The notes under the pieces: model-generated
The model's input: only the letters and a program-made list of their open reading frames with translations
The model's database searches: none
What the model was told of the DNA's origin: nothing
From: Bacteroidota bacterium
GTDB taxonomy: Bacteria > Bacteroidota > Bacteroidia > Bacteroidales > CG2-30-32-10
Direction of reading: 5' to 3'
Length of the DNA: 64,000 nt
NCBI GenBank assembly: GCA_013377115.1
Contig: JACAAW010000005.1
Coordinates: forward strand, 1,744-65,743
Shown: piece after piece, positions 25,915 to 35,765 of the stretch
Layout: each line of letters begins with the position of its first letter
Numbering within the stretch: position 1 is the first letter of the stretch
Program-made: the position numbers and the translations under genes

Positions 25915-27108
25915 TTACTTCATATTTTTAATTTTCTCAAGTATTTCAACTGTTGCACCATAATCGGCACCTTCTTTTTTTGCAAATTCAATTGCTTTTT
26001 CAGCAGCTTTAAGGGCAATATCTCTATCAGCACCTAATTTGAATAAAACTGCAGCATAAGTGTCGTTATTTGCATAATTATCGTTAAGCTCAACTGCTTT
26101 CTTGGCCCACGTAGCAGCATTTTTCAAAGCTTCTTTATCAGTAATATTTTCGTTTTCATAAAATGCCCAGGCATAATTATTAAGCATGGATTCATTGTCC
26201 ATCAAAAACTGATTAACAAAGGGAATTACGTTCTCAACATAGGATTTCCAGTCTTGCTTTGATTGTGCTAACGCTGCTTTTGCACTTAAAACCAATTTTT
26301 CAGTTTGTTCAAATCCCGAATTTTGAACCTTATTTAAAACTTCAGTAAATTTTGTTTCATCCCCTTTATATAGCGGACGCATAATCGCATCCTGGAAAAC
26401 TAAAAATATTTTATCATTCACCTCAGTTAAAGGGACAATTTTGGCATATTCAGCTCTTTTATCAAAGAAAAACTGGAATATTTTATTGTCGTAATTGTTG
26501 GCATAATTCAAAATCATTTTAAAATTCTCAACCGAAATCAATTCTGCTTCTTTTTGGGTTTTAAAATAAGCCTCGGCAATTTCATCTGTTTCAGCACCTG
26601 CATCTGTAAGCTCGTTTAAATATCTGCTTAAAAAGTCTGGTTTGCGATTGCCATCTTTATATTTCTTTTCCCATGCTGTTATTCTTTTTTCAGGATCCAA
26701 AGCTTTTTGTCCGAGCCAAATAAATTTATCGACTTCTCTCGAACCAAGGGCTCTGTGAATTACTTCGCCATTATCATTAATAAAAAGCAATGTAGGCATG
26801 GCCTTTATTGAATATTCTTTTGCAAAAGCAATACCTTCACCTTTTTCAACATCAATAGTATAATTGATAAAATTACTATTGTAGAACTTGCCAACAGAAT
26901 CGTTGGTAAAAACATTGGCCGCCATCCATTTGCATGGTCCACACCAAGTTGCAAAAGCATCTACAAAAATTAGTTTTTTTTCTTTTTTAGCTCTTTCCTT
27001 TACTGAGGCCCAATTTCCATCCTGAAATTTAATGCCTTGTCCAAATGTATTGTTATTCAGGGAAAAACAAATCGTAATAATTAGGATGATGATATTATAT
27101 TTTTTCAT
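25915..27108 (-). CDS. secreted thioredoxin-fold protein with a helical (TPR-like) C-terminal domain
   Basis: About 397 aa from the internal ATG at 27108, with signal peptide MKKYNIIILIITICFSLNNNTFGQ. The active-site motif is WCGPCKWM. The longer track ORF would overlap ubiX. Confidence 0.8.
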   Translation of the reverse strand: MKKYNIIILIITICFSLNNNTFGQGIKFQDGNWASVKERAKKEKKLIFVDAFATWCGPCKWMAANVFTNDSVGKFYNSNFINYTIDVEKGEGIAFAKEYSIKAMPTLLFINDNGEVIHRALGSREVDKFIWLGQKALDPEKRITAWEKKYKDGNRKPDFLSRYLNELTDAGAETDEIAEAYFKTQKEAELISVENFKMILNYANNYDNKIFQFFFDKRAEYAKIVPLTEVNDKIFLVFQDAIMRPLYKGDETKFTEVLNKVQNSGFEQTEKLVLSAKAALAQSKQDWKSYVENVIPFVNQFLMDNESMLNNYAWAFYENENITDKEALKNAATWAKKAVELNDNYANNDTYAAVLFKLGADRDIALKAAEKAIEFAKKEGADYGATVEILEKIKNMK

Positions 27109-27172
27109 TGCATTGATTTTTAAATTATTTATTACAAAACTATTCTTTTCTTCAATAGGAACAAAAACAAAA

Positions 27173-27748
27173 TTACAAATTCCCCCAACGGTGCGAATTG
27201 TTTTCAAAACCAGCCAGATCTAAAACGCGATCAATAACTGTTGCAACCAATTCCTCAATTGTTTTTGGTTTAGAATAAAAACTCGGATTTGCAGGACAGA
27301 TAATCCCGCCAGCTTCTGTAATCAATTTCATATTATTGATATGAATTAAACTCATTGGGGTTTCTCGTGCAACCAGAATCAATTTTTTTCTTTCTTTCAG
27401 CATCACATCGGCGGTTCTGGTGATTAAATCGCTGGCAACACCAGAAGCAATTCTTCCTAAAGTTCCCATTGTGCAAGGGCAAACAATCATAATGTCATAT
27501 CCCGAAGAGCCCGATGCAAAAGGTGCATAAAAATTATTGGGTTCATAAATTTTAAAAGAAGTGTTTTTATAATCCTGATTTCCTAATTCAAATTCCCAAA
27601 CACTTTTGGCATTTTCCGAAAACACAAGGCCGCATTCATTAATTTGATCTTTTAAAAATGCGAGTTTCTCTAAAAGGATTTTTGCATAAATAGCACCACT
27701 TGCGCCAGTAACCGCAATGGCAATTTTATATTTTTTGTTTGTTTGCAT
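27173..27748 (-). CDS. ubiX: UbiX-family flavin prenyltransferase
   Basis: 191 aa. Contains IAIAVTGASGAIYA and VARETPMSLIHINNM, and is full-length UbiX/Pad1-like. Confidence 0.9.
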   Translation of the reverse strand: MQTNKKYKIAIAVTGASGAIYAKILLEKLAFLKDQINECGLVFSENAKSVWEFELGNQDYKNTSFKIYEPNNFYAPFASGSSGYDIMIVCPCTMGTLGRIASGVASDLITRTADVMLKERKKLILVARETPMSLIHINNMKLITEAGGIICPANPSFYSKPKTIEELVATVIDRVLDLAGFENNSHRWGNL

Positions 27749-28349
27749 TTATTTTAAATTGATAAATAAGATTAAGTGTTAAAACAGTATTGTATTGACC
27801 AGTATTCCATAAATAAGTGGCATTCGAAGCATGTGGTCGCATCGCTAAAAATGAATTTGAGATTTTAAATCCAACCGAAAAACTTTTTTTTAACAGAAGT
27901 CCAAGTCCGGCTAAGACTGAATAATCAGCATTATTGAATGGTTTTGTGCCGGGAATTTCTCCATATTGATTTTTTTCGGAAGAACTGATAAGTCTTCCGT
28001 AAGACAATCCGAAGTCGAAAAATAATTTCTGATTTGCATTGAATCTCAAATAAATGGGAACTTCAATATAATTTAAACTTAAATTATAAGAATTATATTG
28101 GCCTTTCTGTGGATTTGGGTTGCTTTTGCTGCCTTTCTGGACAAAACTTAAGTCCATATTTAGAGTGTTTTTTGTGGAAATTAAATAATTTACAGAAATC
28201 CCACCGTTAATTCCGGCTTTGTTAAACCCACTGAAATTGTCGCCCGATACTTGCGAACCACTAATTCCGACAAATGCTGCACCACCAAATTTTTGAGCTT
28301 TGGTAGATAAAGTAGCCAGAATAACGACAAAAATAATTAGAATTCGCAT
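27726..28349 (-). CDS. outer membrane beta-barrel (porin-family) protein
   Basis: 207 aa with a signal peptide. Alternating amphipathic strands run throughout, and the C-terminal strand ends in an aromatic-rich segment (LNLIYQF). It overlaps the ubiX start by 23 nt. Confidence 0.7.
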   Translation of the reverse strand: MRILIIFVVILATLSTKAQKFGGAAFVGISGSQVSGDNFSGFNKAGINGGISVNYLISTKNTLNMDLSFVQKGSKSNPNPQKGQYNSYNLSLNYIEVPIYLRFNANQKLFFDFGLSYGRLISSSEKNQYGEIPGTKPFNNADYSVLAGLGLLLKKSFSVGFKISNSFLAMRPHASNATYLWNTGQYNTVLTLNLIYQFKINANKQKI

Positions 28350-28379
28350 AATTTATTTGAAACAATAGACAATTATTTA

Positions 28380-28387
28380 CAAAATTA
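28380..28387 (-). promoter_or_regulatory. -7 box (TAnnTTTG) for the OMP-ubiX-thioredoxin gene string
   Basis: Plus strand CAAAATTA is TAATTTTG on the minus strand, 31 nt upstream of the ATG at 28349. Confidence 0.45.
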
Positions 28388-28529
28388 ACAAATAAAATTA
28401 ATGTTTTAATAATAATGGTATTATACAGATATAAAGCCATACAGAAGTATTTAAACAAATAGAAAATTCGATAATTTCAAAAAAACTAAAGTTTTGAAAA
28501 ATTATGTTTTCTAATTAAATTTTCTGTCG

Positions 28530-28537
28530 TACATTTG
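28530..28537 (+). promoter_or_regulatory. -7 box (TAnnTTTG) for the PpiD-like gene
   Basis: TACATTTG, 23 nt before the ATG at 28560. Confidence 0.45.
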
Positions 28538-28559
28538 CACTCTTAAAAAAAAATTTAAT

Positions 28560-30695
28560 ATGGCAGCAATAGGTAAAATCCGCAGTTATTCAAAGTTATT
28601 AATTATCATCGTTGGTGTTGCGTTGGCAGCTTTCGTTTTAGGTGATTTTATTAAAAAAGGACCAAAAAGAGGCAATGTAGAATTCGCTGAAATAGCAGGT
28701 GAGAAAATTTCTTATTCAGATTTTGAAGCAAGAGTAGCTCAGTACACTGAAATGATGAAACAACAATCTGGTCAGGAGAATTTTACTGCTGAACAAGTTT
28801 TTCAATTCAGAGAAGAAGTATGGAAAACTGTTGAAAAAGAAGTCATCATGAAGAAAGAATATGAAGCTCTTGGGCTTACTGTTACTTCAGAAGAACTTTT
28901 TGATTTGGTTCAAGGCAAAAATCCTCATCAAATGATTGTTCAGAATTTTACTGATCCTCAAACAGGTCAATTCAATTCATCAGCAGTAATTCAGTTTTTG
29001 AAAACTTTAGATCAAAGAGACGAAAAAACTAAACAACAATGGTCGGAATTAGAAAAAGCAATTAAAGCTGATCGGATTCAAACCAAATATTTTGATTTAG
29101 TTAGAGGCGGATATTATATGCCAAAAGCTTTTGCAAAAAGAGATTACGAAGCAAAAAATAAAGTTGCTAAATTCCGTTTCGTTGCTTTAAAATATGCTAC
29201 CATTTCTGATAGTTCATTAACTGTTACGAAAGAAGAAGTTCAAAAATATTATGACGAGCATAAATATGAATATGATCAAGAAGCTTCAAGAGACATAGAA
29301 TATGTTGTTTTTGATGTTCTTCCTTCTGATATTGATACTAAAAAGACTCTAGAAGAATTTTCAAAATTGAAAGAAGAATTAACAAAATCTGATGACATAC
29401 CAACATTTGTAAATTCAGCAGTAAATTCTGACGTTCCTTATGATAGTACTTTCTTCAAAAAAGGATTACTTCCTATTTCATTAGATACTTTTGCTTTCAG
29501 ACCAAAAGCTGCTAAAAATGATGTTTTCGGACCATTTTTAGAAAACGGCTCTTTTAAAATGGCCAGAATTATGGATATTCAATCTCGTCCAGATTCTATG
29601 AAAGCTAGACATATTCTTATTGCTTATAAAGGCGCGATGAGAGCTAATGAAAAAGTATTAATTACTAAAGAAAAAGCAAAAGCTGCAGCTGATAGTATTT
29701 TAGCTTTATTGAAAAAGGATCCTAAGAAATTTGATGAAATTGCAAAAACAAGATCTGACGATCCAACAGCTGCTTCAAAAGCTGGTGATTTAGGTTGGTT
29801 TGCTGATGGCGCAATGGTAAAAGCCTTTAACGATGCTTGTTTAAACGGTAAAGTTGGCGATAAAAAAGTTGTTGAAACTGATTTTGGTTATCACGTAATT
29901 GAAGTAACTGGAAAAAAAGAACCAGTTAAGAAAGTTAGAATTGCTGTTTTGACCAGAAAATTAGAACCTAGTAAAGAAACAACCCAAGGTGTTTATGCAA
30001 AAGCAAGCGCATTTGCTGGCGAAAATACCACTATTGAAAAATTCGACAAAGCAGTTTCTGATAAAGGTTTAAACAAAAGGTTGGCAGAGAAAATGAAAGA
30101 AATGGATCCTACTATTCCTGGATTGCAATCACCAAGAGATTTGATTCGTTGGGCTTATGACGAAACAACCAAAAAAGGTAACGTTTCTAAAGTGTTCGAA
30201 TACGAAAACCAATTTGTTATTGCTACTCTGAAAGAAATTCGTGAAAAAGGAATCGCAGAATTAGAACAAGTTAAAAAAGACGTTGAAGTTTTTGCAAAAA
30301 GAGAAAAGAAAGTTGATATGCTTTCGAAAAAGATTACTGCCGCAAAAACTGCAGGAATCACTATTGAGCAATTAGGAGAGAAATTGAAAACACCTTCTGA
30401 TACTTTAGATTTTATTACTTTCTCTGCTTATTCATTACCAGGATTTGGTCCTGAACCAGAAGTTGTAGGAACATTATTCACATTAAAACCAAACACGATG
30501 TCAGAACCAATTAAAGGAAAATCTGGAGTGTTTTGTATCATAATTGATAAATTTGTTGAAGCTCCTGCTACAAAAGATTATTCAAGTACTTTAAAACAAA
30601 CAATGGGCTATTTTGGACAAAGAGTAAATTACGATTTGTTTAATGCACTTCAAAAGAATGCTAAAATAGTTGACAATAGAGGAAAATTCTACTAG
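28560..30695 (+). CDS. membrane-anchored peptidyl-prolyl isomerase/chaperone, PpiD/SurA-like (parvulin domain)
   Basis: 711 aa with an N-terminal anchor helix. The parvulin domain reads ARHILIAYKG...GDLGWFADGAMVKAFNDA...DFGYHVIEV. Confidence 0.85.
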   Translation: MAAIGKIRSYSKLLIIIVGVALAAFVLGDFIKKGPKRGNVEFAEIAGEKISYSDFEARVAQYTEMMKQQSGQENFTAEQVFQFREEVWKTVEKEVIMKKEYEALGLTVTSEELFDLVQGKNPHQMIVQNFTDPQTGQFNSSAVIQFLKTLDQRDEKTKQQWSELEKAIKADRIQTKYFDLVRGGYYMPKAFAKRDYEAKNKVAKFRFVALKYATISDSSLTVTKEEVQKYYDEHKYEYDQEASRDIEYVVFDVLPSDIDTKKTLEEFSKLKEELTKSDDIPTFVNSAVNSDVPYDSTFFKKGLLPISLDTFAFRPKAAKNDVFGPFLENGSFKMARIMDIQSRPDSMKARHILIAYKGAMRANEKVLITKEKAKAAADSILALLKKDPKKFDEIAKTRSDDPTAASKAGDLGWFADGAMVKAFNDACLNGKVGDKKVVETDFGYHVIEVTGKKEPVKKVRIAVLTRKLEPSKETTQGVYAKASAFAGENTTIEKFDKAVSDKGLNKRLAEKMKEMDPTIPGLQSPRDLIRWAYDETTKKGNVSKVFEYENQFVIATLKEIREKGIAELEQVKKDVEVFAKREKKVDMLSKKITAAKTAGITIEQLGEKLKTPSDTLDFITFSAYSLPGFGPEPEVVGTLFTLKPNTMSEPIKGKSGVFCIIIDKFVEAPATKDYSSTLKQTMGYFGQRVNYDLFNALQKNAKIVDNRGKFY

Positions 30696-30713
30696 TATAT
30701 AGATAATATTTAT

Positions 30714-30746
30714 AAAAGCCGCTTAACTTTGTTTTGCGGCTTTTTT
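30714..30746 (+). terminator. rho-independent terminator after the PpiD-like gene
   Basis: Stem AAAAGCCGC (30714-30722) pairs with GCGGCTTTT (30736-30744), followed by a T-run. Confidence 0.75.
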
Positions 30747-30791
30747 ATTTGGGTCAATTTATTCGTAAATTTACAATTCAATAATATTATT

Positions 30792-31046
30792 ATGGCGAAA
30801 TTAACTTTGGATCTTCATGATATTTATAATAAAGGTTGGCAAATAGACAAGGCTTTAAAAGATATCATTGAAGAAGCTGTTTCAAAGAAAATAGGAGAGG
30901 TGGAGATTATTCCAGGGAAAGGAAGCGGACAGTTAAAAAAGAAAGTTCTGAGGTTTTTAGATCAAAAGGAAATCAAATGTTTATACCATCGAATCGAAAA
31001 GGACAGCAAGAACTTTGGGAAAATATATGTTTATTTCCGTTTTTAG
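30792..31046 (+). CDS. Smr domain protein
   Basis: About 84 aa from ATG 30792. Reads LDLHD...ALKDIIEEAVSKKIGEVEIIPGKGSGQLKKKVLRFL. Confidence 0.75.
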   Translation: MAKLTLDLHDIYNKGWQIDKALKDIIEEAVSKKIGEVEIIPGKGSGQLKKKVLRFLDQKEIKCLYHRIEKDSKNFGKIYVYFRF

Positions 31047-31054
31047 CGAATTGG

Positions 31055-32101
31055 TTATTTTATTTTTTTCAGAGTAAAAGCAAAAGTAGAGCCTATTCCA
31101 ATTGTACTTCTGACATTAATGGTTTGGTTATGGGCCTCAATAAGATGTTTCACAATGGCCAAACCCAAACCAGAGCCACCTTGTTCTCTTGATCGGCTTT
31201 TGTCAGCACGGTAAAATCTTTCAAAAAGTCGTGGTAAGTCTTCCTGAGAAATGCCAAATCCATCATCAGTAACCTCAATTAACATGTTTTCATCCATGTC
31301 GAAAAAGCTAACTTTGGTTTTGCCTTTTTCTCGACCATATTTTATTGAATTATCAATTAGGTTTATAAGAACCTGTCTAATCCTCTCTTTTTCAGCAAAT
31401 ACGTATATCGGTTTTTCGCTATTATTTACAATACTAAGTCGAATTTGTTTTTTGCTTGCTTTTATCTCCAGAAATTCAAATACTTCTTGCACCAAACCGA
31501 TAATATCAAATTTGTGAAATTTCATAATTAATTCACCGGATTCTATTAAGGAAATGGCTTCTAAATCTTCCACAATTGCAATCATTCTATTGATGCTTTT
31601 CTCAGTTCTCAATAAATATTCCCTATTGATAGTAATATCATCCAATCCACCATCTAACAGCGTTAAAACATAACCTTGGATATTGAATATAGGCGTTTTT
31701 AATTCGTGGGAAACATTACCAAGGAATTCTTTACGGTAACGTTCTAATTTTTTTAACTGATCTATTTCTTCTTTTTTGTCTTGAGCCCAACTTAGTACTT
31801 GCTGGTTTACATTACTGATAATGTCCGAGCTATTTTCAATTTTGTTTTGCTGTGTCTTTGGAGCTTTTAAATTGTGAATTGTTTTGTAAATCAGCTTAAT
31901 TTTTTCATAAATAAATTTGTTAATGGTATATTTATAAAGAAAATAAGAGAAGAAGAACAATAAAATCTCTGAAAGGATGAAGGGAAGAAAACCAATTTCT
32001 ATTTTTACTAAATGAGAAGCAACAAAATAAACCAGTCCGAAAAAAAGAACAATTAGCAGCGATAAATTGAGCGCAATTTTATTTAGGTTGGAATATTTCA
32101 T
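31055..32101 (-). CDS. sensor histidine kinase (HisKA + HATPase_c, two N-terminal TM helices)
   Basis: 348 aa. The H-box is FLGNVSHELKTPI, the N-box is LINLIDNSIKY, and the G-boxes are DDGFGI and GGSGLGLAIVK. Confidence 0.9.
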   Translation of the reverse strand: MKYSNLNKIALNLSLLIVLFFGLVYFVASHLVKIEIGFLPFILSEILLFFFSYFLYKYTINKFIYEKIKLIYKTIHNLKAPKTQQNKIENSSDIISNVNQQVLSWAQDKKEEIDQLKKLERYRKEFLGNVSHELKTPIFNIQGYVLTLLDGGLDDITINREYLLRTEKSINRMIAIVEDLEAISLIESGELIMKFHKFDIIGLVQEVFEFLEIKASKKQIRLSIVNNSEKPIYVFAEKERIRQVLINLIDNSIKYGREKGKTKVSFFDMDENMLIEVTDDGFGISQEDLPRLFERFYRADKSRSREQGGSGLGLAIVKHLIEAHNQTINVRSTIGIGSTFAFTLKKIK

Positions 32102-32791
32102 TTATAATTCGAATTTGTAACCAACTCCTTTTACGGTTTTCAAATTATCGATTCCAATTTTCTCACGTAATTTTCTAATATGAACATCAATTGTCCTGTC
32201 ACCAACAATTACATCATTTCCCCACACTTTTGCAAAAATTTCTTCTCTTGTGAAAACCTTATTCGGTTTGCTTGAAAGCAATAAAAGAAGTTCGAATTCT
32301 TTTTTTGGAAGGATAATTTCCGTGTCGTTTTTTAGAATTAAGTAACGTTCTTTATCAATGGTAATCTCGCCAATGGTAAGGATATCTTCAGGAAATGGAT
32401 TTTCTGAATTACCATATCTCCTTAATAATGCTTTTATTTTACTGATTAAAATCCTTGGCTTTACTGGTTTGGCGATATAATCATCGGCGCCAGCTTCAAG
32501 TCCGGCTATTTGTGAATAATCTTCACTTCTTGCAGTAAGAAATACAATTATTGTTTCGTTTAATGAGTTAATTAAGCGCAATTCTTTGCAAGCTTCAATG
32601 CCATCCATTTCTGGCATCATGACATCCAAAATAATAAGGTGTGGTTTAATTTCTTTTGCTGTAATAATAGCTTCTTTGCCATTACTGGAAGTGAATATTT
32701 GGTATCCTTCTTTTTTTAAATTATATCCAACAAATTCAAGGATATCAGGCTCATCATCTACAAGTAAAATTTTGATTTCTTGGTTTTCCAT
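32102..32791 (-). CDS. response regulator, OmpR/PhoB family
   Basis: 229 aa. The receiver shows LLVDDEPDILE and LIILDVMMPEMDG. A winged-helix C-terminus ends in VGYKFEL. Its stop abuts the kinase ATG. Confidence 0.92.
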   Translation of the reverse strand: MENQEIKILLVDDEPDILEFVGYNLKKEGYQIFTSSNGKEAIITAKEIKPHLIILDVMMPEMDGIEACKELRLINSLNETIIVFLTARSEDYSQIAGLEAGADDYIAKPVKPRILISKIKALLRRYGNSENPFPEDILTIGEITIDKERYLILKNDTEIILPKKEFELLLLLSSKPNKVFTREEIFAKVWGNDVIVGDRTIDVHIRKLREKIGIDNLKTVKGVGYKFEL

Positions 32792-32930
32792 AAACGTAAT
32801 TCTTGAATTTTGATGTAAATTTATGAATTTAATTTCACAGATTTACACAAATTAAATGTTTTTCAAAAAATTAACACAGAAGTAATTTTCAGTTAACCTT
32901 AATTTAATTTTCGGGAAAAATAATACCAGA

Positions 32931-34382
32931 TTAGCTTAAGCAAAAGCCTTCCATATCATTATGGAAAGTAAATTTTTTTGTAAGTGTTTCAAAATCCCAG
33001 GTAATTTTTATTGAGTATTCCTCGTCGGTTTTTAGAACTCTTTTTACCAAAGCACGACCAAAACGATCTGTGCCTCTTTTATAGATTAGATTCTCATCTT
33101 TATCGTAAATGTAAAATTTAGCATCACAAATCGGCAAGGTGCCAACATTATCATAAGCCACAATTTGTAATTGATCTCCCAAGCCAAATAACACGGCATT
33201 AATATGTTTTCTTCTGTTTCTGGCGTCTGAATTTGTATTAAAAGGAATGATATCTAAATTTACATTTATTCCTGAATAATAATTTCCAAAATCTTGGTTT
33301 CCTTCAATGTCTAATTTCGCAAAGAAGGCATTGGTAGAAGGTTTTTCTTCGAAACGGATAAAAAGAGAACGTTCTTCCGTAGTGTCGTTTCTTTCATAAT
33401 CAACAAGGGCAATTACATCTTTTGCTTCATTGTCGAGCATGTAATTTACTAATATTGTGGATGTTTCACATTCTTTAAAAACATTTAAACTTATATGATA
33501 GTCATTCGCATCAAAGTATGGAATGTTTGAAATGCTTTTTTTATTTTCTTGTGGAGTGAATTCGCCGGTTGTAAAATTATATTTATCACCATGGGTAAAC
33601 AAATGAACATTGGCTTCTCTAATATGTAAGATATCATTTGCTTTGCTTAATATTCTTGCATTGCCTATATCTGTCATTAATACATCACCAAAACCAATAA
33701 TTTCAATGGTATTATCTGATTTGTAAATCACTGCAGTTCTTTCACTAATTCCAATTCCGAATCTGGTATTTGTTAAAACGGCGCTTCTAATTAGTCTGCC
33801 AAATCTGCCTTTTACTTCAAAATGCGCATCTAAAACCACATCTTTAATTAGATCTAAGCCTTTCATTACGAGCAGTTTGTGTCCGTCGTCTTCGCTTGGA
33901 TTAAAAGCAATGTGATTGGCAAGTGCTTCTTCACTGGTTCCACCAGCGATTGACTCAGTGCTCATTATGTTTGTGCCAGCACTGGTTCCAACAATTACAC
34001 CGCCATCTTTATAAACTTTCTCAATTGACTTTAGTAAAAGAGTTTCTACATTATCTTTTTTCAGAGAATTTATAAAATCTCTTTGATCTCCACCAACCAA
34101 GAAAACAATATTATAGTCCTCGAGTTTTTTAGCTAATTCCTCTTGAGCTTTATTTTCGGTTCCATTTTGAATTGGAAGAATCCAAATTTTCTCTTTTTCA
34201 AATTCCATTTCAGAAGTGAAAAATTTCAGATAGCTATCAATAGATTTTCCATCGCTTGACGCTGCAGAAGGAATGATTGCTATTTTTGAATTACTCTTGC
34301 CACCAGCAAGTTCAAATATTTTATTAAAAATAAGAGAACTATCGTCGCCACCACCGATAAAAACTAAAGATCCTTTTGGCAT
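32931..34382 (-). CDS. cyanophycinase-like peptidase (S51 family) with a ~200-aa C-terminal extension
   Basis: 483 aa with no signal peptide. Contains GSLVFIGGGDD, IAIIPSAAS, LVGGDQ and GTSAGTNIMS (Ser nucleophile context). The C-terminal half has no motif I recognise. Confidence 0.7.
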   Translation of the reverse strand: MPKGSLVFIGGGDDSSLIFNKIFELAGGKSNSKIAIIPSAASSDGKSIDSYLKFFTSEMEFEKEKIWILPIQNGTENKAQEELAKKLEDYNIVFLVGGDQRDFINSLKKDNVETLLLKSIEKVYKDGGVIVGTSAGTNIMSTESIAGGTSEEALANHIAFNPSEDDGHKLLVMKGLDLIKDVVLDAHFEVKGRFGRLIRSAVLTNTRFGIGISERTAVIYKSDNTIEIIGFGDVLMTDIGNARILSKANDILHIREANVHLFTHGDKYNFTTGEFTPQENKKSISNIPYFDANDYHISLNVFKECETSTILVNYMLDNEAKDVIALVDYERNDTTEERSLFIRFEEKPSTNAFFAKLDIEGNQDFGNYYSGINVNLDIIPFNTNSDARNRRKHINAVLFGLGDQLQIVAYDNVGTLPICDAKFYIYDKDENLIYKRGTDRFGRALVKRVLKTDEEYSIKITWDFETLTKKFTFHNDMEGFCLS

Positions 34383-34395
34383 ATTATTTATATTT

Positions 34396-35589
34396 TTAAG
34401 ATAAAATTGCTTTTACTCCTGGAAGTTCCTTTCCTTCAATGTATTCCAACATTGCACCACCACCGGTTGAAACATAGCTCATTTGGTCAGAAAGGTTATA
34501 TTTGTTTACTGCAGCAACTGAATCACCACCACCAACTAATGAAAATGCACCACTGATGGTTGCACTAGCTGCGGCAATTGCTATTGATTTTGTTCCTCTT
34601 TCAAAATTTGGCATTTCAAAAACCCCCATTGGGCCATTCCAAAGGATTGTTTCAGAATTTTTGATGATTTCAGCAAAACGTTTACAGGTTTCTGGTCCAA
34701 TATCCAATCCCATCCAACCATCGTCGATTTTATCAACAGTAGCAATTTTTCTTCGTGCTTCATCAGAAAAAGCATCAGCTAAAACTGCATCAACTGGTAA
34801 ATACAAATTGATACCTTTTAACATTGCACCATTAATAATTTTTTGAGCATATTCCAATTTGTCTTCTTCGATTAATGAATTGCCAACTTTTCCACCTAAG
34901 GCTTTTATGAAAGTAAAGGCCATTCCACCACCAATAATTAAATTGTTTACTTTATTCAAAAGGTTTTCTAAAATATGAATTTTTGTAGAAATTTTTGCAC
35001 CACCAATAATCGCTGTAAATGGCGATTTTGGTGTTTTTAATACCATGTCGATATTTCTTAACTCATTGGCTATTAGTAATCCTAAATATTTGTTTTTTGG
35101 AAAATATTTTGCAATGGTGGCTGTTGAAGTATGCTCTCTATGAGAAGTTGCAAAGGCATCATTGATATAAACGTCAGCAAGAGATGCCAATTCTTTAGCA
35201 AAATTCTCGTCAGCTGCTTCTTCCTCTGGATAGAAACGCAAGTTTTCTAATAGAATAATTTCTCCTGGTTTTAATGCGGCAGCATAATCTTTGGTTTTTT
35301 GACCAAATAATTCGCGAGTAAATATGATATCTTTATTTAATAATTTAGAAAGAACAGGTACGATAGGGGTAAGAGAATAATCACTTTCGAATCCACCTTT
35401 TGGACGGCCAAGATGGGACATTAAAATTACTGCAGCTCCATCATCAAGAACTTTTCTAATAGTAGGAATCGATTCTCGAATTCTAGTATCATCAGTTATT
35501 TGTCGGTTGTGGTTTAGCGGCACATTAAAATCAACTCTAATAAGGACTTTCTTCCCCGAAAAATTGCAATCGTCTATCGTGTTCTTCAT
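34396..35589 (-). CDS. pgk: phosphoglycerate kinase
   Basis: 397 aa. Contains VLIRVDFNVP, SHLGRPKG and STGGGAMLE. Confidence 0.95.
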   Translation of the reverse strand: MKNTIDDCNFSGKKVLIRVDFNVPLNHNRQITDDTRIRESIPTIRKVLDDGAAVILMSHLGRPKGGFESDYSLTPIVPVLSKLLNKDIIFTRELFGQKTKDYAAALKPGEIILLENLRFYPEEEAADENFAKELASLADVYINDAFATSHREHTSTATIAKYFPKNKYLGLLIANELRNIDMVLKTPKSPFTAIIGGAKISTKIHILENLLNKVNNLIIGGGMAFTFIKALGGKVGNSLIEEDKLEYAQKIINGAMLKGINLYLPVDAVLADAFSDEARRKIATVDKIDDGWMGLDIGPETCKRFAEIIKNSETILWNGPMGVFEMPNFERGTKSIAIAAASATISGAFSLVGGGDSVAAVNKYNLSDQMSYVSTGGGAMLEYIEGKELPGVKAILS

Positions 35590-35734
35590 TTCTGTTGCCT
35601 GTTTTTTTTTAATTATTTTCTTTTTTTTTATGGGTTAAAATTATAAAAGTCTTTTGACCTAACCAAATATAATCATTTATTATCAACGAATTTAATAAAC
35701 AAACTTATTAACATAAAAAATAATTATTTTTTTG

Positions 35735-35742
35735 TACTTTTG
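35735..35742 (+). promoter_or_regulatory. -7 box (TAnnTTTG) for the aminotransferase gene
   Basis: TACTTTTG, 24 nt before the ATG at 35766. It overlaps the GTG at 35742, which argues against that upstream start. Confidence 0.45.
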
Positions 35743-35765
35743 TGCAACCTAGACTTTTAAGATTT

